From contig DF237093.1 of NCBI GenBank assembly GCA_000708835.1, positions 103,796 to 167,795 of the forward strand: a stretch of DNA of 64,000 nucleotides. The letters are read 5' to 3'. The position numbers were made by a program, and so were the translations under genes. Positions 1 to 12,500 of this stretch are shown here, in pieces (within the stretch, counting starts at the first letter, position 1; the number at the start of each line of letters is the position of its first letter). The DNA comes from Klebsormidium nitens (Eukaryota; Plantae; Klebsormidiophyceae). The notes under the pieces were generated by a model. It was given only the letters and a program-made list of their open reading frames with translations, searched no databases and was not told where the DNA came from.

Positions 1-680
1 GGAAGGTCGGCACGAGCAAATGCCGGCAAAGGTTGACATAAAAGGTCGCCAAAGGCCTGGAGCGAAAGGCCGGCAGCGGAAGCGGCACGTGGCAAAGGCC
101 GGCAAACGCTGGCATACACTGTCGGCAAAGGCCGGCTGCGGAAGGCCGCTGAGCGGAAGGCGGGCACCGGAAGGTCGGCACGACAAAGCCCGGCAAAGGC
201 TGGCATAAAAAGCCCGGCAAAGGCCGGCAGCAGAAGGTCGGCACGTGGCAAGGCCGGCAAACGCTGGCATAGAAGGTCGGCAAAGGCCTGCAACGGAAGG
301 TCGGCACGTGGCAAAGAGTGCAAAGGCCGGCAATGGCATAGACGTCGGCAAAGGCCGGCAGCCGCAAGGCCGGCAGCCGAAGGTGGGAAGCGGAAGGTCG
401 GCACGACAAAGCCCGGCAAAGGCTGGCATAAAATGTCCGCATCGGGAGGCCTGCAGCGGAAGGCCGGCAGCGGAAAGTCGGCACGTGGCGAAGGCCTGGA
501 ACAGCTGGCATGAAAGGTCGGCAAAGGCCGGCATGAAGGTTGGCAAAGGCTAGCAGCGGAAGGCCGGCAGCGGAAGGTTGGCACGAGCAAGCTTCTGGCA
601 AAGGCTGACATGAAAGGTTGGCACCGTGAAAACCGGCAGCCGAAGGCCGGCGGCAGAAGGTTGGCACGTGGCAAAGGTTG
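1..680. repeat. Degenerate GC-rich minisatellite, 10-11 bp monomer AAGG(C/T)CGGCA, with a loose higher-order unit; runs off the left edge
   Basis: Dozens of variant monomers (aaggccggca, aaggtcggca, aaggttggca, aagcccggca). A GGCACG marker variant recurs about every 60-100 bp, usually followed by a GCTGGCAT variant. Confidence 0.9.
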
Positions 681-1546
681 CAGTCCATTAAAGCTGGAAG
701 AAGCGGTTGCCAAGAGCACGGTCTGAGGACGGATTTAGCACATGGAGAGTCGGTAGGGCCGGTAGCTAGGCGTTCAAAACTCAAACACATATTCCCATGT
801 ATGCCATTGAAGCCTATGGCCCATGAGGCTACGGCAGTTGAAAAGAGAACATCTAGGTTGAAAATTGGTGTGCCGCGACATGGATCCGCCTTCAAGGCCT
901 TACGAAACGGTTTATAATATTTGTCCTGCAAGATTCATACTCAAATGTGGGTTCAACTTATATGGCAACGAACTGCATAGCAACAAACACTAACCCTCTT
1001 CGTCAAGCTTCTTTGATGCTTCTCCACCGGAATCTGCATGATCCAGAATTCTAGATCTTTGCGTGACATATATGTCGGCCCTTTTGATTTTCTCTCCTGC
1101 ACGCCCAGCCCCCTATTGGCTTGGTCAGTGGACAAGCATGCCCTTAGGGAAACGGAAGCACGAGTCGACTGCAACATGACTACGTGTCAAATTCAACGGT
1201 TGTCACTCAAAACTGTGGACCCACGAGGCCTATATTGCTTGTTCTATGACATGAAGCTCTGCAAGTGACCCTTTGTATAATCACATTGTGATATCCATGT
1301 AGGTCGACCGGACACTTTCAGTTGAGGCATATCAAAATAAGATCGATGTTCTTGGATTGTGTATTCAATTGGCCAATGAACCAAGGGTATGGGCATATAG
1401 TTGGAGAAAATACCCTTTTGGCATCAATAAACACATCGTTTGGTGCATCACATGCCCTCCACCGAGCTTGAAAGTCATACTATATACTCCTCATAACCGT
1501 TAACCCAGAGTTGGCCAATGTTTTGCTATGTTTTAGAAAGCCTTAC

Positions 1547-1601
1547 CGGGTCGACACTAGCGTGCCTCAAGCCTAGCGTAGACCCGTAGAGCGGCAACTA
1601 G
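1547..1601 (+). other. Imperfect hairpin (14-bp arms, 2 mismatches, 12-nt loop) followed 11 nt later by CTAG; possible terminus of a repeat element
   Basis: CGGGTCGACACTAG (1547-1560) vs CTAGCGTAGACCCG (1573-1586); CTAG at 1598-1601. The hairpin is seen directly; the element interpretation is weak. Confidence 0.4.
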
Positions 1602-1687
1602 ATCCGTTCTTCCTTATTCTTCCAATTCAACGCATTGTCGTCTTGAAAGGTGACCGCATTATTTGACTGGACCGGGGAACCCATAAC

Positions 1688-4600
1688 TCATTGCCCGTGC
1701 TTTCGGAAGTATTCCGCCCGCTTATGCCGTATTCTCTCCACCTTGGCCTCCAACTCGTTCAATATCATCTCAAAAGCGTCGCCCGGCTCAGCCGGCTCCG
1801 GGAAGATAAGCGCTTGCCGCACCTGCGGATCCCACATCGCCTCTTGCATGGCAGCCACCTGAAATAGGGAGAAATGCAGAAGAGTCATGAATACTAAGCC
1901 ACAAAAGATGAACATTGGCTCCCTCGACTACCAAGCATGTCTCAACCCGTGGGAGTAGGGGAGATGAGTTCCCTTCGTTACCAAAGAAAGGAAGCACGAT
2001 GCTGTGTCGAAGTCAGAATGGAGGATAGTTAAGCCCTTTCATTCGCAGGCCCGTATCTGGAGAACAACCTTCGCTCCGAACTTCTGCCCTCCGAACTTGC
2101 CAATCTGGGACGATTTTGAAGTTCAATCTCTGGCATCATATTAAAGCTTCTCACTACCAACGGACGATACCCGGAGTTGCGCATTTCATACCAACTCTGC
2201 CCTTTGGCCATCGCGAAGCCCAGCCGGCAGTATTCTTGTTCAAAAAAAACTTGGCCGTCCAGAGAGCATGACAACTCAGAATAAGGCGGAATGTGTTTGA
2301 GAGAAACTTTGTAAAAAGATGGCAACGTGAGTAGGATAGGATGGACTGTAGGCATCGAGAAAAAAGAACGCTGCAAGATTCAAAGGTGCCATCAAGAATG
2401 AGAGACATACACCGAGGATTCACCTGCCAGGCAACAATAAGGGGACAACCTTGTACAAATTCCACAATCACGAAAGCTCTCGTTCAAAAGGGCTCGGAAG
2501 ATTGTTCATCCCGCTCGCTTTTGCATGGATGCACAGCAGGATTCTTCACCAGCCGGGGAGATAGTACGGGACAGGTAAAGGACAACCGCACCTACGTTTG
2601 CAGGTTAAGCCCGCCACTCAAGGGTGGGCCCTTTGTCCCGTCGCGATGCAAAAGCTTGCGACAGCCAACCAACAGAAGAGAGCTCGCTCATACCGGGCTG
2701 CGAAGGAACCGCTCGACTCACATCCTTCCGGGCTGACATCCGCCATCCATCCTCTCCTACCGAGTCAAAAAGGGAACGACAGACAAACAAAAGCCGCTGC
2801 CGAGATTCGGACCTGAGCTAACCCTCGTCAGGTGCGAGCGCCCTCGATGACATTCGGTAAGCAGGTAAGAATGAAACACAACAGAACACGGAACTGGCAG
2901 AATGATGCTGAGAGAAAGAGAGCGAACATTCAACAAACGATGACCGCGAGTGACTGAACTATTTTGTCAGCCTCCGCTCTCTTCTTCAGATTTGAGGAAG
3001 ACAAGCCTCGGCTTAGGAAGGCAAAGTCGGCAGCAACATACGCAAGCAAAACTATCACCCCCTTTGCTCACCTTTTCGGGGGGGATCCCTTTGAGTATCT
3101 CCTCCAGCCGCGGCACGTCCGCCTCCTTGACGCGCACCGCGATCCGCTCCCAGTTGAAGTAGTTCTCGAACGGCAGGATGATGTCATCCGCAATGATGAC
3201 GGGGATGCACCCGATCTGCACGCTCTCAAAGATGCGCGGGCTCCAGGGGGCCCACCCGAGCGGGCACAGGCAGAAAGTTGCGCGCATCATGTCTTGGAGA
3301 TAGGTCAGGGACGGTGCGTCGCTGATGTCGAAGTCGGGGTGGTTGGCGAACGTCTGGCCGATCGCGAGGCGGACGCCCCTGGGGCGAAAAGTGGGTTAAG
3401 AGGGGGTTATCAGAAAGTTGGAGCAAGGGAGTGGGTGGCTTAGGGTGAGATTTCGTGAATTGCGAAAGTCTAGCAATCGGCCGATGGCACGGAAAACGCC
3501 CTGGGGAGATGCAGTGGGTTAAGAGATGGTTAGCAAGCTGAAGCGGCAGGATGGGTGGTTGACAAGACGCAGGTATTGCACAAGGTCAATGGGAAACCCT
3601 AATTACCGAGAACTTGTTTACCCATACCGGTAAAAAGGTCGGTTGTGAAATGAAACCATGGGAAGGCAACCGCCCCTAGGGGAAAGACGAAGGGTAAGGA
3701 AAAGGGGGTGAAGCAGAGGCAGCGGGCGACTAGAATAGAGGCATATCAGGTTGCCAACACATAATCGGATTGCATTGCGAAGATGGAAAGGGTTATAGAC
3801 GAAGTTAGAGACGCCTGACGCTTTGAAACTCGGGAGTGCGGAACTTGCTGGGAAAGATCGCGGTAGCCGACCAGAGGGGTCAGAACCGACATGTGAGCCA
3901 AAAGAAGGGAGTTCCTTGTCAGCTTTCGTTCTCGAGAGGTTGAAATGCGATTCTTGTGATCACGCCACGAAGGCTTTGACAACAACGGTGTGGTTGCAGA
4001 TAAGAGCGGCTGAACTAGTCCCTACTCAGGAAAGGGTCCTCAAAAATCACTACGGAGAGGACGCCAACGCGACGGATCGGGTGGATAGCTTTGCAGCGTC
4101 GACAAAAGCTGAGACTGAGGAACTTTAGAGCCTTGGGAGATGTTGCGGGGAAATGGAGGCGGACTCGAGCGACGATGTCACTCAAGGTGACCAGACACGC
4201 AGCCCTGCAAAACAGGATTGCGGTCTGCCTCGAGCCAGTACTATGCTCCCGCATTCGCTCGAGACAGGGGGGCCACGGGACTGCAGAGAAGACCCCCACA
4301 GATAAAAAGGCCACAGAAGCGGACCTTCCCCAGAGCTGGCCCCCCTGCCGGAACTGGGATTGAGAACGGAGAGAAAGAAGGAACATGCTGCAAAAGCGAA
4401 ATGACTCTGATCTCTCTGCTTACGAGTCCGCCAAATCAATGGGTGTGAAGAAAGGATGTCTTCTGATGACTTCATGCGAAGAATAAGGCAAAAATAGAAT
4501 AATGCGCCGCCAGCTCAGCTTCGGTCTGCTAGCGACAATCGCGAAGACGGCCCGGCCGCTCGGAAATTCAAAGCCAATCGAAAAAGCGGTGCATCGAGCA

Positions 4601-7600
4601 CAAAAGCGGACCTTCTCACTACCATCGTGAAAAGTGGACACTCGCAATGCACTTCTCAACTGTCACCTCGTGACTGGCCCCTCACCTAGAGTACACTTTG
4701 CCAGTAGCGTCGTTTCCTGCGTCAATGTACAGCCCCCGGAAGAACGCCAGCACCGATTTCTCGTGGGCGTCCCGCTCGGGTGCGAACGCCAGCTGGCGCA
4801 GTTTCCGGACGTCGATGTAGGGCGGGATGACGACACTGCGGCCAGGGCGGTAGCAAACGTGGTTGTGCACGCCGAACGTTTGGAGCACCGTCAGGTAGCG
4901 AAGGACCATCCGAAATTTGGTCTGGCTCGCCAGTTCGTCCTGTAGGAAGCGATTGCAAAAAGGATTGCATCGGGCCCAGAGTATTCCGGTAATTTCAATA
5001 ATCTTTCAGGCTCTTGTTGAAGTGTTCTGTTCAGTGGTTACGAGGACAAACAGATTGATCGAGATTTTCAATCTGTAGCAAAGACGAACAGAGGACTACA
5101 ACCGATGCAGCACCGGACGTTGTCCTGGACTGGAGGCAGACAGCTGTAGAGAGTATCTTGAAGGCTGAATCCTTGCAAGACCCCACTCTCTTCGACGTAC
5201 ACCTTCCTGATCAGAATATAGAACGCTACGCTCTGAAGCATGATACAGAGAAAGAACGTCTAACCAGATTGGACGTTGAATCAAACGAGAGGTGTGCAAT
5301 GGGAGTTGACAGTAGAAGGTCAGTGACACGAGCCTACCAGCATAGGCATCGCAAGCAGCCGAATGCACGCGTGACGCATCAGCCTATCGAAGCAGGCTCG
5401 GAAAAAGTCGCAAAAAAAATTGTGAAGTCAAAATTTCGGAAGTCTGCCCTGTTCATCAATAAAGCGACAGGAGAATCGCATTTATCTCTTGACGTGGAAT
5501 CTCCACTGCTACAATCACTAGAATTTCAAGCAACGAAAGTGACCCTTTATAGAATTGTTCACGCGCCCGAGAGCGGCTGGTGCACGGGAAGTTGGCTCGT
5601 GGCCAGCACCAGCCGCGGACAGCAGGCGCACGATGCAGGGCCGGGAGAAACTCCTGGCCTGCAGGCTTACTCTGGCACAGTTATGACTCGAATCCCTTCC
5701 ACAGCAGACAGGCTGCCAAGGGAAGGCGCTCTTAAGGACCGCGCCGCGCAGAAGATGAATAGAAGAGAATTGTGATAGCAAGAGACTTTTGCAGCTAACC
5801 CGAACACCCGAACACCAAAAGACAAACAGCTCGATGGTACAGCCGACCAGCCTTTAGAAAGTGATCCAACACCCTAGCCTTACTACCATCAGCAGATCAG
5901 GCACAACTATGTCAAGCACGTATTTAGAAGTCCATGTAATAAGCTTCAACCAGCAGCAAATGCTGACGGTTCAGCGTGGAGCAGTAAACCACACATTGCC
6001 AAAATCAGCCAGAATGGAAGCACGGTGACTTCGTCCCTGAACCCACCACTTCTCTCTGGCTCCCGTTTCGCAAATTACTTACCCGGTAGTGGAAGCAGGC
6101 GCCATAATCATGCGGCGCAACGACCACATGATCCAGCCCCCGCATCCGGTTGAAGTATGGCCACCTCTCCGCCACATACATCACCGCCTCCAGCATTGTG
6201 CCGTGCGACGAGTCCGGAATCGTCCGCCCCGAGTCCTCCAGAACCGCGGCCGTATACACGGGGATGAAGTAGAAGTCTGCTTCGTCCGGGTCGAGCGTCC
6301 GCACCGCAGACTGCTCAAAGTTCTCGTGAATCAACACCTCGGTTGCGAACATGGTTTGCCTAACCCGCGGGTCGCGGGTCACGAAGTCGCGGTTCAGGTG
6401 GGGGGGCAGGTCGTATATGTACACTTTTATTGACCGCTGGGGGGGGAGGACGAGCATCGGCGCTGTTTCGGGGTCTGCGAAGGGGTTTTGCATCTCAGCT
6501 TCTTCCGGGGGCTGAGTGGGGGCAGTAGTTTCTATTTCTTCTAACTCCAAACCTTGTTCCTGCTCTATGTCGCGTACCTCCCCAGGTGCCCCTTTAGTGA
6601 GCGGTTCAGACTCTGCGGTTGTTTGCTCAACACGTTCGGCCTCCGTGACATTCTGCAGAATGTGCGGATGGGCGTCGAAGTCAGGATCCCTGCTGCTAAA
6701 TTCAGACTGGTTGAGCCGCGAGCTTTTATTTGTGGCTACTCCACCTGTTATGTTTAGGGGCAAACCCTGCCCGAGAAGTGGACCCTTCTTTTCTAGATTA
6801 CTGGAGTTTGCCGCTCCGCCAGTAGAGTTGGCTGTTACATTTACGAACAAAGTCTGCACTGGGGCGAAAGTCTCTGCTGTTCTAACTTCAGAGTCCGAGT
6901 CCCTGATAATTAGCTCCGGGACGCTCCCCGGCCCGCCCTTTCCTAAGCCCTTGTGGCCGGTTTTTCCACTCCCTGCCTCTCCTACACTTTTACTATCTAG
7001 CACTTGGTCAGTATCTCCCTCCATACTCGATTCAGCCCCCACTTCGTCCTCCGGCTCTTCAGATTCTTGGCTTTCTGGCCACTCCGGCTCAGCCTCGAAA
7101 AAATCTGAAATGCCCCGCCTCCGGAAATGCAGCACCCGATCCTCAACAGAAACCCCCCTGCCCAGAATGACTGGAACGCCAACATTTTGCAGCGCCTCTG
7201 CGTCCCATCGGCGGCGCTCCCTCGCGAATGTCCGGTCGGTTTGCTGGAGCGCCCGACGCGACTGCAGCAGTGCCCGGGCCCTTCTGCCATGCCCTACACC
7301 TGCAACAGGGTTTGAGATAGTCAGTAGCTGGTCAGAGTGGCGTAGGACTTGGTTGACTGTGGAGCGGATGTGAACAAACCAGCCTTGTCGCCGAAGGTTT
7401 GGGAAGGGCGCACAAGGACAATCTGCAGTCCCGTTTGCAAAGTATTCACTTAGGGAATTACTGACATGAATGTGCAGCATAGGGGCATTTGCCACCATTA
7501 CCAAACAGCTCTTGGTTTGACCACCGCAATCTTAGACGCTGGACTTCACAAATGAGCAACAGATAGCAACTTTGGACGAGATACTGCATGCAGAAACAAT

Positions 7601-7873
7601 CAGACTTTACACATTCTGCGACCTGTGGAGGTCTGGGCCGCCACGGTATAGTCTATATAGACCACCCAACAAACTCACTACAAAGTCGCGGAAAGCAAAG
7701 TGGCGCGTACCTGACACGCGTCCGCTTTTACTGTCTCCTGGTCCCAGCCCACTTTGTGTCAGATCTGGGCCGACCACTCCCCCAAAGACTAAGAGAAGCA
7801 AGCAGACGCCCACGACGTTGACAGCGATCCACCTCCTCCCGCAACCCATCTTTTTCAAGCGACGACCTGACAC
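1688..7873 (-). CDS. IRX10: GT47 (exostosin) glycosyltransferase, IRX10/GUT clade xylan xylosyltransferase-like, ~703 aa. Exons: 7873-7711, 7299-6083, 4939-4686, 3378-3072, 1858-1688
   Basis: N-terminal TM anchor (WIAVNVVGVCLLLLVFGGVV) and long acidic stem. IRX10-clade motifs: IKVYIYDLP, HDYGACFHY, QTFG.HNHVC, FRGLYID..ND..G.VYSRGVR, FCLCPLGWAPWSPR, GCIPVIIADDIILPF, FPEPAEPGDAF. GT-AG junctions are phase-consistent; total 2112 nt. Confidence 0.88.
3356..3560 (-). repeat. Decayed tandem duplication (offset 122 nt) of the intron-3 acceptor and exon-4 start of the GT47 gene
   Basis: Minus strand, real: ctcttaacccacttttcgccccag|gggcgtccgcctcgcgatcggcc. Copy: ctcttaacccactgcatctccccag|ggcgttttccgtgccatcggcc. 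Confidence 0.7.
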
Positions 7874-7980
7874 TGGCCGGACACCGGTCCAAGGAACGCT
7901 ATTTACGCAGTTAAAGGAGAACGAATCTCCAGAACTGGGTTGCTGTTGAGAAACATTTTTTGCGGAGAAGAACTAGGGCC

Positions 7981-8319
7981 TCAAAATTGTTTGAAGCATG
8001 CATTCAACATGCCTTCAAGGGACAGCAACTCGTTTTCAAATGCTGAGGTACAGACAGACCGATAGAACTGTACCCCAGATCTTAGCAACCTGCCTTTGCT
8101 GCCAGTTCGATTGAACAGAACAATATGTAAAGAGAGCTTTGTAGCGAGCCCAGCTTTGCCACCTTGTCACAGAACGGACCACCCTAAGCAAGCTAGTAAA
8201 TGGAGCTGCTAAATGAAAAACCAGGAATGTAAGACACTCCGCTTGGGCGCCATGGCCGCCGCATTGCATGAGCGAAAGTGCAATGCGTCATAGCAGGCGG
8301 CAACTTCAAGGCGCCTGGT
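7981..8319 (-). pseudogene. Decayed relic R1 of the helical/MYND-associated family
   Basis: Frameshifted segments LEVAACYDA, FLVFHLAAPFTSLL, QSNWQQRQVAKIW, SAFENELLSLEGMLNAC match the intact gene at 50-51.5 kb (NLVFEFARKFTRIL, QASEIDIFALRESL) and relics R3/R4. By-eye alignment only. Confidence 0.55.
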
Positions 8320-9559
8320 CTGCAGAGAGAGACTGCATATGAGAAGGGACTCAGACAGCTGTTCAGTGTTCCGCAGTGTGCGACTGTGACTCACACAAGG
8401 ACTCGGAGGCCAGAGTCAAAGAGTGAGCCCATTTGGCAAATTTCGAAATGGATTTCATTTCTCCCTGAAACCCTTCGTTGACAAAAGGCGGTCGGGGAAT
8501 CTGCAAAGGTGGGGCAGAAAGCGGGCAAAAAGAGACTGGTTGGTTCCACCCGACTCCAGGCCTTACCTTGGCCTCGAGCTTTACGCGCCACATTTTTCAG
8601 CTAGTAGGAATGCTCCACGTGGAGCTCTTTGATGCGTTGTCTTCCAACTTTATCGAAAGCTTCAGATAAAGGACCAAAAGGGCGCCGAAGCTTCTCGAAT
8701 ATGTGCTTTTTCCTCCACAAAAATGAACATCGATAACAGTCGCGCATGCAGAAAGGGTGTCCCATAAGCGGGACGAGGGGCGACTCATTTTGCCACGATT
8801 ACGTGGCTGTGATCCCGATGCTTGAGGTGAATCTAGAAGCGGGCGGATGTTCGTTAGGTTAGACGGTCGAGATGGTCCAAGCTGTTCATCGACGGCTCCC
8901 GGCGATTACCATGTGGTCCAGGGACCAGAATGCTGTACCAAGATTCTCCAATACCTACCTACCATTTGCCGTACAGTACTTGCCCCTTGACCACTGAAAG
9001 ACTCATCTTTACAGCCTGTACATTTTAGAACGTCCGATCAGATAGCGAACGGCTGGCAAGGCGTAAAAGCCTTTCACCTTCTTGCGGGGGTACAATATGC
9101 ACATGTATGATTGAAGCAAGATGATCCTAGACAGACTCGAACCAACGGCAATGGCAAGGAGACGTACCTACTACGGTATCAGCATTTCCGCAGTCATGAT
9201 CACCAGATGCGCGGGCGAGGTTGCGGGGGCAGACGAAGCAAAGGATCCGAGGCTGGCCTTTAAATCTCGTCCGGTCTTCTCCAAACCAGGTTGAAATGTG
9301 TTCTTTCCTCCAAGCCAAGCAGGAGACTGCTCTGACTGCCGGGAGATAGCAACTTTGATTGCTCAATCAGGCCTGCAACATGCTCATTTGAGAATGGTGG
9401 CACATCTTATTCACACATTGGGAAGGAGAAAGCATTGGCTGTTGGGGAAAGGGATTGATCAAAGCCGCAGATTGGAGGATAGGAGAAACATCGCAGTTTC
9501 CCCTTCGTCCAAAGTTGTTGATCCTTGGATGCTGAGAGAGGGAGTTTAGGAAAGGTAGC

Positions 9560-12500
9560 ATGGCGTCCACTCTGGTCCTCCCGGCTCAGCAGGTCGGAGG
9601 GTTTGCAGCCGTGCAGGCGACTAGCATGGCGGGGAAGCGGGGTCGCTGCAACGTCCACAATACGTACCGGCCACCATCGGTTGAGAGCAAGGACCCTTTA
9701 CTAAGGGTTTCTTGGAAGGCCCAGCATCCGGCAACAAGCGCAGGGCGAGCCAGGGCCTCCATTCTGTCTTCTCGAAGCCTCAGAACTTCGTCGTTCACAG
9801 TCAGGGCAAATGCTGACGACACAGACATGTCCCCCCGTCACCTAGACAGGCGGCAAAAGAAGGGAGGCAAGGAATGGTTTGAGGGGCAGCAGTCAGTCCA
9901 CGATAGGGCCCAGGGTCTCATCCGTGGCAAGAACTGGATTCTAAGGCGGGGATCTAAGAACAAGGCGGTCAAAAGTGGGGAGGCTGTAACTGACCAATCC
10001 AACAAACCAGAACTGGGGCAGAGAGTTGGTGGGAAACAGGACCGGAGAGAAGGGCGGGATGGGGGAGCAAACTTGGCAGAGTATCCATGGACGGGCCCAG
10101 CAGAAAAGACGCTTTTGGACATGGCAAGGACTGGGGGTCAATGGGAGCCTCTCCAGATTGAGACTGCTAGCCCTGAACCGAGTCTCATAGATGCTAAGGA
10201 GGAAGCAGTGATTGGTGCGACGGTCCCAGAGGTCAAGCCGGCGGAGACTGCAAAGGAGGCTGGCGATGGCCGGAATTGGAAGATATTGATTGGGCTTTTC
10301 TTTGCGTTCTGCCTGATGACGTCAGCAGATAAGGCGGCCATGTCGGTGGCGCCGATGACAAGTGAGTTGGAAAAACCCTAGTCAGAAGGAAGGCAGCACC
10401 GCATGTCAATGTGGACTCAGAGGTGGGATTGGTTGACTGCACTGGTGCTGCAAAAGAAATGCGGTTTTTGCGGCTCCTTTGGCATATGAATTGTGGTTGA
10501 ACAGTTTCTGGTAAGATCGCGGAAGTTTCTCACTGGTTGCATCTGATTGAAAAGTTGCTTCTCAAGTAAGACGTCGTAAACATGACGCACTCTTTTGTGC
10601 AGTGGCCAAGCAATTTGGGTGGTTGGAGTCAGACAAAGGCCTGATTGGAAGCTCCTTCTTCTTCGGGTTCATGTTCTCTCAGGTGAGTTCATCATCCACC
10701 TGTTTTGCGCATGTCTTGGTTTTGTTTCTTGGCCATTTTCTTGCATGATCCATCCGCAAGTAGGAACCTTCTTCATGAAAAGGAGTGTTATTCCTGCATA
10801 TTACTATTCACCGCTTATGGTATGACTTAAAAATGGAAAAAGCAGAGCCTGTTGAAAAACAATCAGAATCACAAGGGGGGGCGTTTTTCTTGCTTCAGGA
10901 TGGCTGATCTGTTGCCTTATATTTCGCAGATTCCTAGCAGCATTGTTTGCAAGCGGATCGGCCGGCGGAAAATAATGACGTGGGTCGCGCTGTGGATCGG
11001 CGTGTGCCAGCTCCTCACCCCTATTGCGGCCTCCACTTCCCTGACAGGACTGCTGGCCGTGCGCGTGAGTGCGCTCTATTTTCAAATCAAATCTTTGCAG
11101 GTTCTTGTTATATTTGAAGTTGTACCCCCTCGATTACCTCATCTCGCCAACTTGTTTAGCAGGCTTGCGAATTCTGATCGGATCTGTTGATTTGTTGTAT
11201 CCATGTAGCCTCGCATGGGAGAAACCGGATGAGCTTCGGACTCCTTTTGAAGCACTGAATTACCCAGTCAGAAGAGTTTTGCGATCTTTGACCGTCTGAT
11301 CAAAGGCTTGCAGGCAGAGGGTTTGCATGGCTCGCTCAAGAGTCAAGGCAGGTTGCGGCCATACCCAGTCTTTGGACCAACCGCTCATACATCTAGATGT
11401 GTTCGCTCCATCTGGTTGCAAACCTTCGAACGATTTTTCTTTTCGTATCATTAGAATCGTCGTGGTACTGGCCATTTGCAGGCTGCTCTTGGTTTTGGCG
11501 AGGGCGTTGTGGTGCCCATTCTCACCAGCATGCTGGCCGACTACGTTCCCCCCGAGAAACGGTCCAGCTCCTTAGCAATGGTCTTCTCTGGCGGCCCCCT
11601 CGGCACCGTTCTCTGTAGGTCCTCCATTTCCACTGCCTGTTGCTCCTTATCTTTTGGGCTTCCATCAATGCTTGCCGCAAATTGTGAGTGTAAAGTCAAG
11701 CAGATGGTGAAGCAGTGATTTGTGGGTGCTTTTGTGTTGGTCAAAAGTTACGAGCAGTTACCACAAGATGCTGTTTCGAGCGTTCGGAAGGTGTATTTCG
11801 TTGGCGTTGCTTCATCTGGACAAAAGAGCTATAGCCTCTTTGAAGAGCCTCATCTTTCGGCAGAGAGCCGAACAGGGGTGCCCATCGGGCTTTCCTGTCC
11901 GTCTATCAAACGAATAGCTCACCTGCCGTTAAAAGACAAACTCACGTCTCTCACTTCCCACTTGCTTCTTAGTCCTGACTCTGTTGGCTTTCCTCCTTCG
12001 CAGCACTCTTCCTCTGTCCGGGCATCATCAACACCGCCGGCTGGCAACCCCTCTTCTACGCAATCGGCGCCGTCTCCCTCGCCTGGGGGGCTGCCTGGTC
12101 TTTTGCCGCCCCCCACTTCGAACCCCTCCCCGCCGCCAAGCCCCGCTGGAACCCCTTCCGAAAAGCCCCCAAAGCCAACGTCGCCCCGCAGACGGCGACG
12201 CCTTCGGTTCTGCCCGCCATTTCTGACGCCACTTTCAAGCTGTACAAAGACAGCCCGCTCCTGCTCGAGACCGGTGTCAAGCTCGCGACGCTCGCGGCGC
12301 TCGGGCCCGACGGGAAGCGCATCCCCGCGGCAGCGACCGCAGTCGCGGGGGCCTCCCGGAAAAGCATCCTTAACGGGGCTGTGGTTGCGAGCTCCGACGA
12401 GGAGCTCGTCTTCTCCCCGGACGACCCCTACTGGAAGCTCTCGCCCGACGCGCGCCGCAAGCTGCGCCAGCGGCGCATGGCCATCCGCGGGCGCTTCAGC

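Noticed and set aside
20-553. ORFs 20-208 and 245-553 (GRQRPAKAG-like repeats)
   Set aside because: Stop-free translations of the minisatellite; no sign of a real gene.
1-680. CRISPR-like array
   Set aside because: No constant repeat with unique spacers; monomers are 10-11 bp and degenerate; eukaryotic context with no cas genes.
6516-7373. Long antisense or alternate-frame ORFs (also 11722-12642, 11919-12605, 12606-13322, 31318-31974, 44896-45690, 56782-57522)
   Set aside because: All overlap GC-rich exons of identified genes and give low-complexity Ser/Pro/Arg translations typical of shadow frames.
6005-7504. 499-aa ORF taken as a complete protein
   Set aside because: It starts at TTG and reads through intron sequence at both ends. 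The true exon is 7299-6083, bounded by a CTGAC...CAG acceptor and a GTAAGT donor.
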